This document shows, one piece after another, positions 40,995 to 52,584 of a DNA stretch of 64,000 nucleotides. The DNA is from Marsupella aquatica (Eukaryota; Plantae; Marchantiophyta): contig OZ316893.1 of NCBI GenBank assembly GCA_973895155.1, forward strand, positions 7,712,963-7,776,962. Reading direction: 5' to 3'. Numbering within the stretch: position 1 is the first letter of the stretch; every line of letters begins with the position of its first letter. The notes beneath the pieces were generated by a model. That model did not search any database and was not told the DNA's origin. It saw only the letters and a program-made list of their open reading frames with translations. The position numbers and the translations under genes were made by a program.

Positions 40995-43464
40995 TCACGG
41001 TTCCGAAGATTCTGAGTCGGAACCAAAATCTGTACTCTGGGATCTGTTCGTGGACACAGCCTCATCATCTACGTACTGGTTGCGGGAGAAGTCATCAACA
41101 TAAGGATGTTTAATGAACTTTTGGTCAACACCCCTTCGTAACCGAAGACCTTTGTTTTCCCAGCAAAGTGTCCTTGCACTTTCTGCTTTCCTTGCGGCTT
41201 TCTCTGCATAGGAGGGAAGAACAAACGGTTTTTCCGGTGTTTCTACGTTGTGTCTCGCGATCTTCCTCCGCAGTTTGATTCGTCTCCTTGCATTCCACTC
41301 TGACCTGATATAACAAAGTCCATTTTGTAAGGCGCCTTTCCCCAAAACAACAAAAGAAATGTTATGAATTGACGGGAATGGAGAAAGAAGCTTACGAGTT
41401 TATGAACATTACTCGAAAGAGTCATCACTATCGGTTTCATCTGCAGCTGCACGATGCTCTCCCTTTTCCTCCTCGGAGTTTCTTGTACCTTGTTCCTCTC
41501 CACCTTCACTCGATTCATCATCAGAATCAAAATTGAGAACCGACCAAAGCTTATCTCTCTTTTTTCTGTCGGCAGTAGGAACAGGTGGAGGCAACACTGC
41601 AATCTCTTTGGGAGACAACAAATCCATGAAAACCTTTGAAGCGGTTTCAATAAATTCTTTCCAGTGTTCTATCCCGAGTACAAATCATCCAGAGAAGTCG
41701 CCAGCAATGTAAGAGCTTCCAGCCCCAGCAGTCCAATCCATAAAAATATCACGAGGCCGTGTGACAAGCTCTATAACAGATTGCATAAAACCCACAGACA
41801 GACGAGCATTTCCAGCAAACTCTATTTGCGGGAATGGATCTGATTTGAGCGAAGAGAGTCCGATCAAATTGGTAACCGAAGGGTCCTCACTGATGGACAG
41901 CGGCCGAAATTTGGGGTCTTTGGGAATTTTACATTTCCCATTAATTTGGCCAAATATGTCGAGCCTGAGGGTAAACATCTCTCGGTCTGTCTTTGCCGCA
42001 TACATCGGGTCAGACATCACAACATTATGCGAGCATATACACTAAAATTTCCTTGACTCCTGACAGGCAGCAATGACTTGCGACATGGGATCGTACTCCC
42101 CATTGTGTAGAATTACAAGGAACCCATCATCTGATAAAAATGGATCCATGGATTTGAAAAAAGATCTAGCCATTGAGTGATCTGGAATGTTCCATTTAGG
42201 AACCTTCTTATCAATGATAGATGGTTTGAACCCGGTCGGTAGGTAAATGAAGCCGGCATCCACTCCAAACGATCTTACTTTTCCCCCCCGAACAACTCCC
42301 TTCTCTTTAAATCCCAACTTAACGAGGTCTTTTCCCCATTTCTCCACATCACTAACCCACTCGGGCTTCTCCTCCTTGTTGAACGTCGAGTCAAAAAATT
42401 CAGAAAGGCTTGTCTCAACCATGCAATGGCGAGACACAATTGTTTTGAAGTTTCCAACTTCACGTTGGAAACCAGAAGCTATAACACTCTCCCTTAAAGA
42501 TTGTCCACCTTCGACAGCTCTCTTTCGTTTCTTCTTGGTACTCGTGGCGTCGATAGGAACTATAACCTTCCCTTTGTTGACTGGAGTAATGGGGTCCGAT
42601 CGAGCTCCCGTGTTTGCCTCGGAAACTTCAGGTGTAGCATCCTTTTTTGTATCTCCCGTTCCCACCGTATTAGACTTCCTCCCTCCTAAAATATAACCAG
42701 GTCGTAGTTAGAATAAGTACTTTTAAAGTATTGAAAGAAGCTAGCGCCTGGCGCTAACCAAATGCAATTCACTTAAGTCGCAACCGAAGCCTAATAACCA
42801 AGAAAGAGAATACCCTCAACAGAATATTTTTTGCCAGCGCCTGGCGCTGGCAAAATCATGGATAGCAATACTTACTCTTCTTTCCAGATTTAGTAGACTC
42901 GCTCGGTGCTGCTAGCTCCGCTTTGGCTTTCGCGCGAGGTTTGTGACTCCGGTCCACATGCACAACAGTTGTTTCACAGATAGTTTGCAAGTTTGTGGCA
43001 GACTTGTCTACATCGTCAAGTAGACCCTGCTTCATGTCGGACACAAGTTTTGCTGGCATCTGAGACTTTGAAAGCTTATGGAAGGCATCTTTTTCCCTTT
43101 GATCAAAAGGAGAATCCCATCTATCTGTATCTAGATACCAGGGGCAGTGAGTTCTCTCCCATTCTGTCATTGGTCTCGGAGGAAATATGCCCTCCGTGGG
43201 GTACATAGAGTACAAATCAGCCAAGGCATCATCTTCACTTATTGAAATCCACTTCATAAAAGCTGCAGGATATGCCCAGAAGTAATCAGGTTTGGTTACC
43301 TCCATGTGCATGTAGAACCTATACACAAACCTCTTCGCTCGCTTTTGGTTTCTCTGGGTGTAATCTTCTTTGTCAGGGTACTTTGAAGGCCACATAGTGT
43401 GAAAGAACTTATTCTTCACGGAATCACCAAATCTCTTGAATTCATTTGGGTCAAAAGCAAGCTA
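40995..43464 (-). pseudogene. Disabled beta-class N4/N6 DNA amino-methyltransferase-like gene, 5'-truncated
   Basis: Exons 42876-43464, 41413-42685 and 40995-41304 joined by phase-consistent GT-AG introns. SAM-binding block FMQSVIELVTRPRDIFMDWTAGAGSSYIAGDFSG*FVLGIE resembles the N6_N4_Mtase pattern LIxxxTxPGDxVLDPFxGSGTTxxAAxxxGRxxIGIE. Upstream GVDAGFIYLPTG...KWN...FLSDDGFLVIL occupies the motif IV-VI position. In-frame stops at 42042-42044 (TAG) and 41685-41687 (TGA). Confidence 0.7.
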
Positions 43465-44293
43465 GAGGGGTACCAAAGGAGGCCCCAAGGACTAGGGGAA
43501 ATGACTTCATGTCCAAGGACTTCCAAGGCTCATGTGTGGCCAGGATTACACAATCTTGAAGTGACTAAGGACTTTTCAATAATCATTATTCCATCACTAA
43601 TGCGACACTCAAGGGGTAGCCATTATGAGCTTAAGCCGTCATTTTCGTGCCCATGTGAACAAGATCTAGTTTAAGACAAGCATCCTTCTCCCATTTTGAA
43701 TTTTGAACGCGACTTTTAATTTATGAAAGGCCACCTCACAAGCTGTGGGGCCAACTTGTTGCTTTTGCGTGATGTCCTTCACAGGAGTCACATCCTTTGA
43801 CACGGCTTTCCCGGCGTGGTGGGGGTACTTGGTGCATGTTGGCTAAGCCACATTTAATTTGTTTGTCTCTTTTGGGCCCTGTTGAAGGTCACTGCGCGCG
43901 AACTGCTCTCACTTGGTCACTTTTGGATTCTCTCGTCATTCTTTCCAAACACTTAGATGATTTTGAATCCCGCATTTGGAGGTGAGGCGCACCAGCTCCA
44001 CCAAACCACTCTCGGTGCCATTGCGCATCACATTTGATTAGCCCAAATCCCACTACTGACGATCCTGGAGGTTGGAGGTGAGGCACGCGCGGTCGGAGAG
44101 TGCAAGACTTGGTGCGCAATTTGGTGGCCGAATTCAGGGGATTGATTCGAGGCGGGGGTGAATAATTTCTGCTCCTTTTCCAATTTCTTGGTCACCTTTG
44201 CCATTCAATGTTGAAGCTAAATCTGTAGGTTAAACCACGCTCCTTTACTTTGGTGGATTGTTGATTTGTATGTGTACTCAGGACTAAGTTACG

Positions 44294-46698
44294 ATGGGTG
44301 TTGTGCCTCTTGACCTTGATGGACTTTCAAAAGATGTCTCTAATGCAATAGACCGTATAGAGGCGCCGCAGGTTAGAGATGTACCTGTAGTTGTTGGGGG
44401 TGCCACACCTGCTGTTTTAGTAGAACCCCGCATGTCAAGTCAGAAGAGCGAGAAGAGTGTGCAGGATTGGGATCCTGCTGAATTCCAGAGAGACCCGACA
44501 TATTTTGCTGTCACCTTTGGACTCCCCAATGTCGGTGAAAATCCTTATAAGATAAGTGATGTTAGTGACCAAGATTTGAGTACATGTTTTGGAGAGAAAA
44601 CGCGCAGTGGTTATAGATTAAATAGCTCAGTTGGCATCCCCATTGCAGACTTGTTGCATCTATCCCAAGTCGTTGATGGCTACGATAAACCGGTCAATGG
44701 ACTTCTGGCTCATACCTTTGTGAAAGGCGCTTATGTTGAGCGTGTTCTTGGCCGAAAAGTCAATTGGGCCGCATATGCATCGTCGAAGCTAAAGGGGCAG
44801 ATAATCCAGTGGGAGAGAGAGGGAAAGGGTAGGCCAGACGGGCCTCCTTGTGTTAGGAAGCCCCGTCTTTACAAGAGTCCTGTGTCAATAGAGATTGCCC
44901 CGCAGTCTAAGAGCGAACCAAAATCAGCAGATGCCTCCAAGGAGTTTGAATTGTCTCTTTGGGATAATGTAGCCAATGATAAGACTCCGGGGGTTGGATT
45001 GGTCAATGAGGAACTTACCACCCTGTGTAAGGCTATTGTCTGTGATGTCCCAAAGGTGCCCTTTTATCAAGCTGAGCCTACCGGACTTCTACTATCCATG
45101 CTTGACTCAGCAATTTTGTCTACAAAGTGCCAAAAACGTGAGGCTCTGCTAGACGCTGCCAAGGTTGAAGCCAGTTTGAAGGCCCTAGATGTAGCTGAAC
45201 GTGATCACCCAACAACCGTGGAAAAGCTTAATGAGCAGTTGAGATCTATGGAACAAGAACAAGATCAATTGCGGGAGATGGTAGACTCTACAGACAAGGA
45301 AGTCGATGACATCATTTTAGACCTCGAGCTAGAGGCCAACAAGGAAGATGAGGGCTCTGGGAATGAGGTATATTCACCCTACCTTGCAGGGGAATCATTT
45401 GTAGTCTTTCATTCCCTGATTATTTTGCATCATCAGAAAGAATTATGGAGTGTATTAGTCTAGCATTGTTGTACTGTTACAAATTTGAATTTTTCCGATG
45501 GTTACAGGGCATTGAGTTCAGTACTCTCTTGGAAACCCGACTTAAAAACTCAAGAGCCAAAATTGCTGAGTTGAAGGGCCGCCAAGAGACCATCGGGAGG
45601 GATATGGTGAAGGTGACCGAGATCATTGCAGCCGAGTAGAAGCGGTTTGAAGCATCATCAGGGATGGTGTCCCGATTGAAAAAAGTGGCTGTAGCTGTGG
45701 ATGCAGACTTGAAGGAGCTTAACTTGGCGGAGGAAGCACAAAAGTCTGAATATGCAACTCTGGAGAGGGTATTGCATAATCCCTGTCCAACCTTGAGGCC
45801 GACCTTTGTTGCGACACTTACTTCTCCAGTGTCAACCCAAGTTCTGTTATCAAGTTGTCCCGTTTGTTGCAATGGTTATCATTGCTGCAATTGGATCCCA
45901 GCATCCTGTGGGCACACATATCATCCGAGTTGTCTTTTTTCTTTGATTGGTGATTCAAAGGATACTCCTAAGTGTGAAGCTTGTGGGCTACCATTTTCTG
46001 ATGATTGGTTACGAACGTGGGGCTTACCCACACACGGAGAATAGAGGCGAGTAAGTTACATAGATCACATGAAAAGAGTGTACTATGGGGCGCCAAGTAT
46101 TGATCTTTTCAGTAGGAGACAACTCGTACAACAAATCCAAACTGTGCATGAACAGGTACGGAAAATGAGACAAGTGATGCATGCATTATCAATTCCTTTG
46201 TTGTTGTCTGCACTTAATTGGATAGTCCAAGTGGTTGTTCCAATTTTAAAGTCTCCAATAGTGTATTGACCCTCAATACTATTACATGTGTGCATTCAGG
46301 CAAACCTCCAAGCTGAAGGTGAAACGTTGCTACTTGCTTTGGAGGCGGCTCCCATGTCACAAAAGCTGGGAAACAAGTCTGGGAAAGATGATAACCAAGA
46401 TGGTGAGTCTACAGGGAGGCTTTTGACACCCAAAACTGAGGGTCGGGAATTGGGGAAAAGAACGAGGGCTTTGGAATCATCTAGGAAGGTGCTAAGTAGA
46501 CCTTTGACGACTCCAGAGCTACTCACAATGCCGTTTAGCCCAGAGTCCATGTCTCAGGTTTCATCCTGGCAAATGTTAGACCTACTTGGAGTTGGCCATG
46601 GACATCCAGTTGTACCACAAATACTCGATTTCAAAGGCCCTCCTAAATCCTCTGCACCGCCAGCCAGTTCCAGAAAGAGATTGTGGCTTCCTTCTTGA
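44294..46698 (+). pseudogene. Three-exon gene: PMD-like domain + coiled coil + RING-H2 finger, with two premature TAG stops
   Basis: Exons 44294-45367, 45508-46156 and 46300-46698 (phase 0, GT-AG). RING-H2 CPVC-x13-CGHTYHPSC-x13-CEAC. In-frame TAG at 45637-45639 and 46042-46044. N-terminal VQDWDP...FGLPNVG...VNWAAY block. Confidence 0.75.
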
Positions 46699-47149
46699 AC
46701 GTGGAGTAAGAAGCTGGCAATGGTCCACTCTGATTGACTGTGATCAAATAATTTGATACATCCATGATGCATTTGTTGCATGGCCGAATTTCTTGTCAGT
46801 GTAATTTGTAGACTTTGTTACTGAATCAGATTTTTGCATGTGTGTTTCTTGGTGCAGGCAAGTAGAGGCCGGCGCAATACCCTTTTCTGATCGGATGGAG
46901 GATCAAGTTGGAAAGGTAAATCTGATTTCCATTTCTTTTAGATCAATCGGTACTTCTTGCTGGATGAACATTAGTCATGCTATAGATAAATTAGTTCGAG
47001 TCCTTGCTGTGAAGGATGGTTGATAGCGGAAGTTCTTGGCCAAGGACTGACAATTCTTGGATTGGAACTTGCAGTCATTTCACCCAGTCTTTCACCAAGT
47101 GAGTCGATACTGTCCTTGTCGAAGCTAGCACTCATTGCAATCACTCCCA

Positions 47150-47640
47150 CTAGTGCACACTAGTCTCCAAGGACTACAGAAATATCCTCTCCAAGGACTA
47201 GTTCTCCTTCCCAAGGACATGCGGTCCTTTGACAAGGACATGCAGTCCTTTTCCAAGGACTCTCGGTCCTTATCTAAGGACAAAGGTCCTCTTGCAAGGA
47301 CTCCACTCGGACATCATCATTCCTTTAGGAAGGACTTTCGGTCCTTCTCCAAGGACTTCAGGTCCTTGAGTCCAAGGACTTGGGTCCTTTCAAGGACTTT
47401 TGGGTCCTTCTCCAAGGACTTAAGGTCCTTGAGTCGAAGGACTTGGGTCCTTTCAAGGACTTTTGGGTCCTTCTCCAAGGACTTAAGGTCCTTGAGTCGA
47501 AGGACATGGGTCCTTTCAAGGACTTTTGGGTCCTTCTCCAAGGACTTCCCTCCTTCAAGTCCTTGTCCAACTACTTCCTGTCCTTCTTCAAGGACTTGCG
47601 CTCAAGGACCAGGACTCATCTCCTCAAGCCTGGTCCTTCA
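47150..47640. repeat. Array of GTCCTT-N2..5-AAGGAC inverted hexamers with a 63-bp higher-order unit (about 3 copies, 47341-47547)
   Basis: Unit GTCCTTCTCCAAGGACTTCAGGTCCTTGAGTCCAAGGACTTGGGTCCTTTCAAGGACTTTTGG; looser copies on both flanks. Confidence 0.92.
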
Positions 47641-47790
47641 CCAAGGAGGCAGCAACTGTTCATTAATTTCTTTGCTTGCATGCCTTCTGCTCTTTGTTGT
47701 TCTGTAGGGATAAATAGCTAGCTGCAGTAACTATGGGTCTGTTTGACCTCACTACATATTCTAAGATCCTTTTGTTTGATACAGTTGCAG

Positions 47791-48375
47791 ATGGACAAGC
47801 AAGGCTCATTTTGCACTCTCAACAAGGCAAAGATTGAGAAAATGTGGGGCCTCTGTGCGGGATCTTATGTTTATGAAGGCTGTGGTCTGTTGCTGAAAGA
47901 TGGCCAACCTTGTGCATTGGGGAAGCACAAACGCAAACTCAGGAGGCATAATCTTGAGTCTCCACTGGGTCCTCACTCTAGGGGCCGAGAGGAGCATGCT
48001 TGTTGTGAAGACGGGAGTGGTACATACATGTACTGTTTTGCTATCCAAGTGGGTGATCTTGTCATCCAAGTAAATGAAGCTCATGGGTCAAAGTTGATGG
48101 GGGTTTCAGGGCAAACCTTCAAGGATTCATACAGTAGCGATGAGCAGAAGAAAAAAAGAATTTTTGAACAGGCGATGACTTTGCTGTGGACTATCACCTA
48201 TGTCAAGGATGAGTCTTGTGGGGATGTGGTTCGGGTTGTAGGATTTGAACAGCATCCATCTGAATCAGATGGAGTGACAGAGGAGTCAAAGCCCAGGCCG
48301 AAGTGGATGAAACTGTATGAGGATTTTTCAGCTGACATAGTGGACACTTTAAAGTCATTTCGCATCTCTAACTAG
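47791..48375 (+). CDS. Hypothetical Cys/His-rich cargo protein of the Sola2-type element
   Basis: Open frame from ATG 47791 (preceded by an acceptor-like TTGCAG) to TAG; contains LCAGSYVYEGCG...PCALGKH...HACC. No family recognised. Confidence 0.5.
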   Translation: MDKQGSFCTLNKAKIEKMWGLCAGSYVYEGCGLLLKDGQPCALGKHKRKLRRHNLESPLGPHSRGREEHACCEDGSGTYMYCFAIQVGDLVIQVNEAHGSKLMGVSGQTFKDSYSSDEQKKKRIFEQAMTLLWTITYVKDESCGDVVRVVGFEQHPSESDGVTEESKPRPKWMKLYEDFSADIVDTLKSFRISN

Positions 48376-50029
48376 GAGTTAGCATTCAACAATTGAAGCA
48401 GGGAGGGAGAAAGCCTGTTCAAAGCTAAATTTGTATAGAAAGCTAATTCAGAGGGACGGGACGGTGCTATTTTGTAGTTTTGGGAAACTACACGCGCGCT
48501 TGTAGTACTTGAGTTTGATATCAATGTTTACTTTGTACATGATCTATGAAGATCTTTTGCTTTTGAATAAAGCTGGCAGTTTCGTGACATATGCGTTTTT
48601 GTCCTTTCACGTAGGTCCTTGTGAGGGAAGTCTAAAGGACGTTTATCGATTGTTATTTTTTGTGTTGGTAGTTTGTTTGGTAGTGAAACTTTGCAAAAGC
48701 AGACCATGGAATTTGAAGGACTCGGCAGAGTTCTCAACATAGCATATATGACTTAGTGGACAGTTGGAAGACTCCATTGGATTGGGAGGCTGGGAGGGGG
48801 TCAAAAATATATTGGCAACTCTGAACTGATTCTTGATTGCAGCGGCAGACTGTGCCTCTTCTCATGTGGAGCCAAAAGTGTGCTTTCCAGACTTTGAATC
48901 ATGAACTCATGTAGTAATTGCCATGGATGATTTGATCCAGATAGTCAAGTCACTGGAACTTGATCGATAACTAAGTTTGAGTCACTGGAACTTGATCTGG
49001 TGGAAAATCTTAAGTAAGGCCGCAACTTCAAACATTTTGTTGTCTAGAATATATCAAGTTATGTCTAGCATGAATATGAAATGGTTGTGCAAACCGATGG
49101 TGCTGCCGTCCTTAGTTATTGTTGATCGGAAATGAGAAAATGATAATAAATACTTTACAGGCGTTTAGAGATTGAAGTTTGCTTTGTGGAGTTCAAGGCC
49201 ACATGGGGAAATAAAGTTTGCTTGTAGATACAGGGCTATGCTACAGGCTCGGCGGATAAGAATGGTGTTCTGTCTAATTCAGAGGGTTAAGACAAATTCT
49301 GATTGGAATGTAGTTGTCATTTTTTTTGACAGAATTGGTACACAACATAGTCCAGAATTGTGTGCGAGATTGAGTTTCAATCCAAAATAGCAATCAGTCA
49401 CTGCTTTATAGCTCTTTACTTCCTGACATCATATGTATATACAACAGCCACGGTGGGCTTCACCCTCAGAGTTTTTAGCTGCCTCTCCAACTTGCACCTT
49501 GCATAACCTTCCGTGCTGACAGAGCCTGCTCTTGGGTAAAACCAATGAACAATGAAATGATTCTAAACTAACTTAACACTAATTCAATCGCAATCCTGGG
49601 CAAGGAATGCAATGAATACTCTCATGTACATGTCATGAGAGAAACTCATAATAGCCTTCTATCTGTTGTATCTATCCCATGGTTGAATTGCCGACACCCT
49701 TGGAAACTGTACCCTACAGGGAAAATCCAAAATTAGGTAAGATCCTCTCCGAGTAACATCCAAAATTATTGCAAACTAGAGCACTATTTACTCTAAACTG
49801 CAGGTACTATTAATTTCCACTTATTGTGTGGAAAAACTGATGGAAAAATTGGGCTAAAAGGTAATAAAGGTAATAAAGGTTGAATACAAACTGAAGTAGA
49901 TTCAAAAGCATTGCAGGCACCACTGACAGAATTTCACACAGAAAACTCTCATTAAAACTCTTCCCTTATTACATGAGATGATCATAAGATGACCACTTCA
50001 TAAAAATTATGAAGGGATTCGTAGGGACA

Positions 50030-50900
50030 ATATAGTCCTTGAAGGGAAGGAGTTCAGACAATCAGACAGACCTTGAAGGAGTGAACTCTAGTCCTATAAC
50101 TCCTTCAGCCAACAGGTATTAGATACTCCACACAGAAAGGAGTCCAGGACAGAATTTAGTCCTTCACATAGAATAGAGTACGTCAAGTGTAGTACTCTTA
50201 AAACCTAGCTCTTTCCTTTGCACAAAAAGGATTCAAGTCCTTCTCAAGGTTAGAATCCTTTCAAGGGAAAAGGAGTAAAGTCATTTTAGGACTTGAGTCC
50301 TTCAAACAACAAGGATTTCAGTCCTTCATGCAAAAAGGAGTCTAGTACTTCAGTCCTTCGGACAATGGAGTGGAGTCCTATATTAGTCCTTCCTATAAAA
50401 GGATTTAAGTCCTTTCCTGGGACTGAGTCCTTCATGCACAAGGAGCCCAGTCCTATAGTCCTTTGGACGAAAAGGATTAAAGTCCTTTTGTGGGACTGAG
50501 TCCTTCATGCACAAGGAGTCCAGTCCTGTAGTCCTTCGGACGAAAAGGATTTAAGTCCTTTGGTGGGATTGAGTCCTTCATGCACAAGGAGTCCAGTCCT
50601 GTAGTCCTTCGGACAAAAAAGATTAAAGTCCTTTCCTGGGACTGAGTCCTTCATGCATAAAGGAGTCTAGTACATCAGTCCTTCGGACAACAAGGATTAA
50701 AGTCCTTTCCTGGGACTGAGTCCTTCATGCAAAAAGGAGTCTAGTACATCAGTCCTTCAGACAACAAGGATTAAAGTCCCTTTCAGGGCTTTAGTCCTTC
50801 GCACAAAATGGATTAAGTCCTTTTCAGGGCTTGAGTCCTTCACGCAAAAAGGAATTCGGTCTAAAGTCCTTGATGGAAAAAGGAATTCAGTCCTTGTGAG
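50030..50900. repeat. 73-bp tandem repeat (about 6 copies, core 50421-50860) built from AGTCCTT motifs
   Basis: GA(C/T)TGAGTCCTTCATGCA units start at 50421, 50494, 50567, 50640 and 50714; degenerate AGTCCTT/AAGGA copies extend on both sides. Confidence 0.92.
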
Positions 50901-51116
50901 GACGCGTGATTCCTCTGTCAGCTACATACAAGGACTTGAACATTGATTAAGACCTAGCAAGCATATTTTGCATACACTGGATTGAAAGCAAAGCTATGGA
51001 TACAGCAGTCAGATTGAATTACAGCAAATCTATAGTTTACAATGTAACTTGTGGGCACCATACCTGACTAGTCATTGCCAGGCACTTCACTCCATTGTAG
51101 CGCCTGCATGCACAAT

Positions 51117-52584
51117 CTACGTTCCAACAGTGACTTGTGAAGTCAAGGAAGCAGAGATTGCTGCTAGAGAATGTACATCTAAGCTGTACATCCTACTGCC
51201 ACCCTTTCGACCAACCTCACATGGAGTCAAAGCAAACCTAATATGAACTACAGATTTTGCATGAGTATAGCTTGAGGGTGCAGTGTCATTGAATACAAAT
51301 CTGGTTTCTGATTTTGGAATTGGTTGAAACCACCTTCCCTTCAATGCCAAGTCGCCTGCATCAAACTCCACCTCATACCCGTCTGTAAATCTCTCTTTGA
51401 TTGTGTGCAGTACCTCCTCACATTGAAGGACGTAGAAATCAGCACCCCACTTATTTGGCTGCTCGGCTTCAACAGCATAAAAGTCACCTAGTTGGACCAA
51501 TTCTGCCAAAAAGCCATCCTGCCATTGAGAACCTCCTTCCCCTAGTCCTATGTTGTGTATGTCAGGTATCACATCAATTGGCAGTACTCCTCTCACCATC
51601 TCGAGTTTAAAATGTCCTACCCATTCTATGTTCTCACATTTGGCTGGTTCATCATCTACACAATGAGCACAGAAGCAACAAAGATCCCTTACTTGCAAAA
51701 GAGTAGAGAGACGATCACTAAACCCATCAAAGCAATGTAGTGTTCTACTTCCCTTGATTGCGTCACAGTCCCATTTTTTCCTTCGGTTCACTTCATGTGC
51801 ACCAATTTCCCAAAACATTCGCCTCACCAATTGAACGTCACCATATTCCTTCTCTTGGCCAAGGGCAAATTTGTCTTTGCAAAAAGCAACCACATCAGCA
51901 GCATTCTCCAACCAAGCTCCATGAATTCCTTTCAGCTGCTCCTTCTCTATTCCGCTCTTAATGTGACCACCAAGAGCATCCTGAAATGAAGCACACCAAT
52001 TACAATTCAATCAGAGGGTGAATGAATGTACACCTGTGCAATTTGTAAAGCTCACTATAGTATTGAATCAGATTGTTCATGATGGTCAAATAGAGCAGTA
52101 ATTGATCAAAGACAGAGTTAAGAAACTCACAGCAACCCCCTTTCCATGTCCTGAAGCATGGAAGAACCATTTCATTCTAGCACCATGTCGCTTGTAATAT
52201 CTGGAGACATAATAAAAAGGCCTGCAAGCCTTAAACTGTGAAGCCGCTCCATCTGACCAAACCCAATGGTGCTTGAATGAAATTTTCTCTTGCTTCATCC
52301 AGTTTACGTGTGAGTCCATGCAGTGTTGCACAAAAAGGGTGTCATGGGTGTTGTCATCACTAATGAAAAAATGGTAATCAGCTATAATGTCTCGATTCCC
52401 AATGCTGTCTTGTGCCATTCCTACAGACCTACCTACGGCAGCCTCAATAGACTCAACATCTTCACGATGTCTGTATGTCACAAGAATCAACAAGGTAATT
52501 TGTTTATTATCCCAATGCTGAGTTTGGATCTCATTCTGGACCTTGAACGTATAATTCTCAGAAAAGTCTATGGACGACACTATA
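51117..52584 (-). CDS. Sola2-family DDD transposase, catalytic and C-terminal part; N-terminus displaced by the LTR insertion
   Basis: Motifs IDFSENY..VQNEIQTQHW, SDDNTHD, WSDGAASQFK and FFHASGHGKGVA|DALGGHIK, the last joined across a 150-bp GT-AG intron (51981-52130). Then CCFCAHC..C and a C-terminal beta-rich domain. No stops in the visible part. Confidence 0.85.

Larger units (their letters stand above)
43465..52584 (-). mobile_element. Sola2-type DNA transposon with cargo genes (one end at about 43465; interrupted by the LTR element; other end outside the window)
   Basis: Sola2-like transposase at 51117-52584; AAGGAC/GTCCTT motifs from about 43486 to 50900; the neighbouring MTase reading frame ends exactly at GCTA|GAGGGGTACC (43465). 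The boundary is inferred because the partner TIR is not visible. Confidence 0.65.

Noticed and set aside
47135-47721. Four overlapping repetitive ORFs on both strands
   Set aside because: By-product of a 63-bp (multiple of 3) repeat lacking stops; same for ORFs at 6890-7231, 35426-36146 and 40201-40656.
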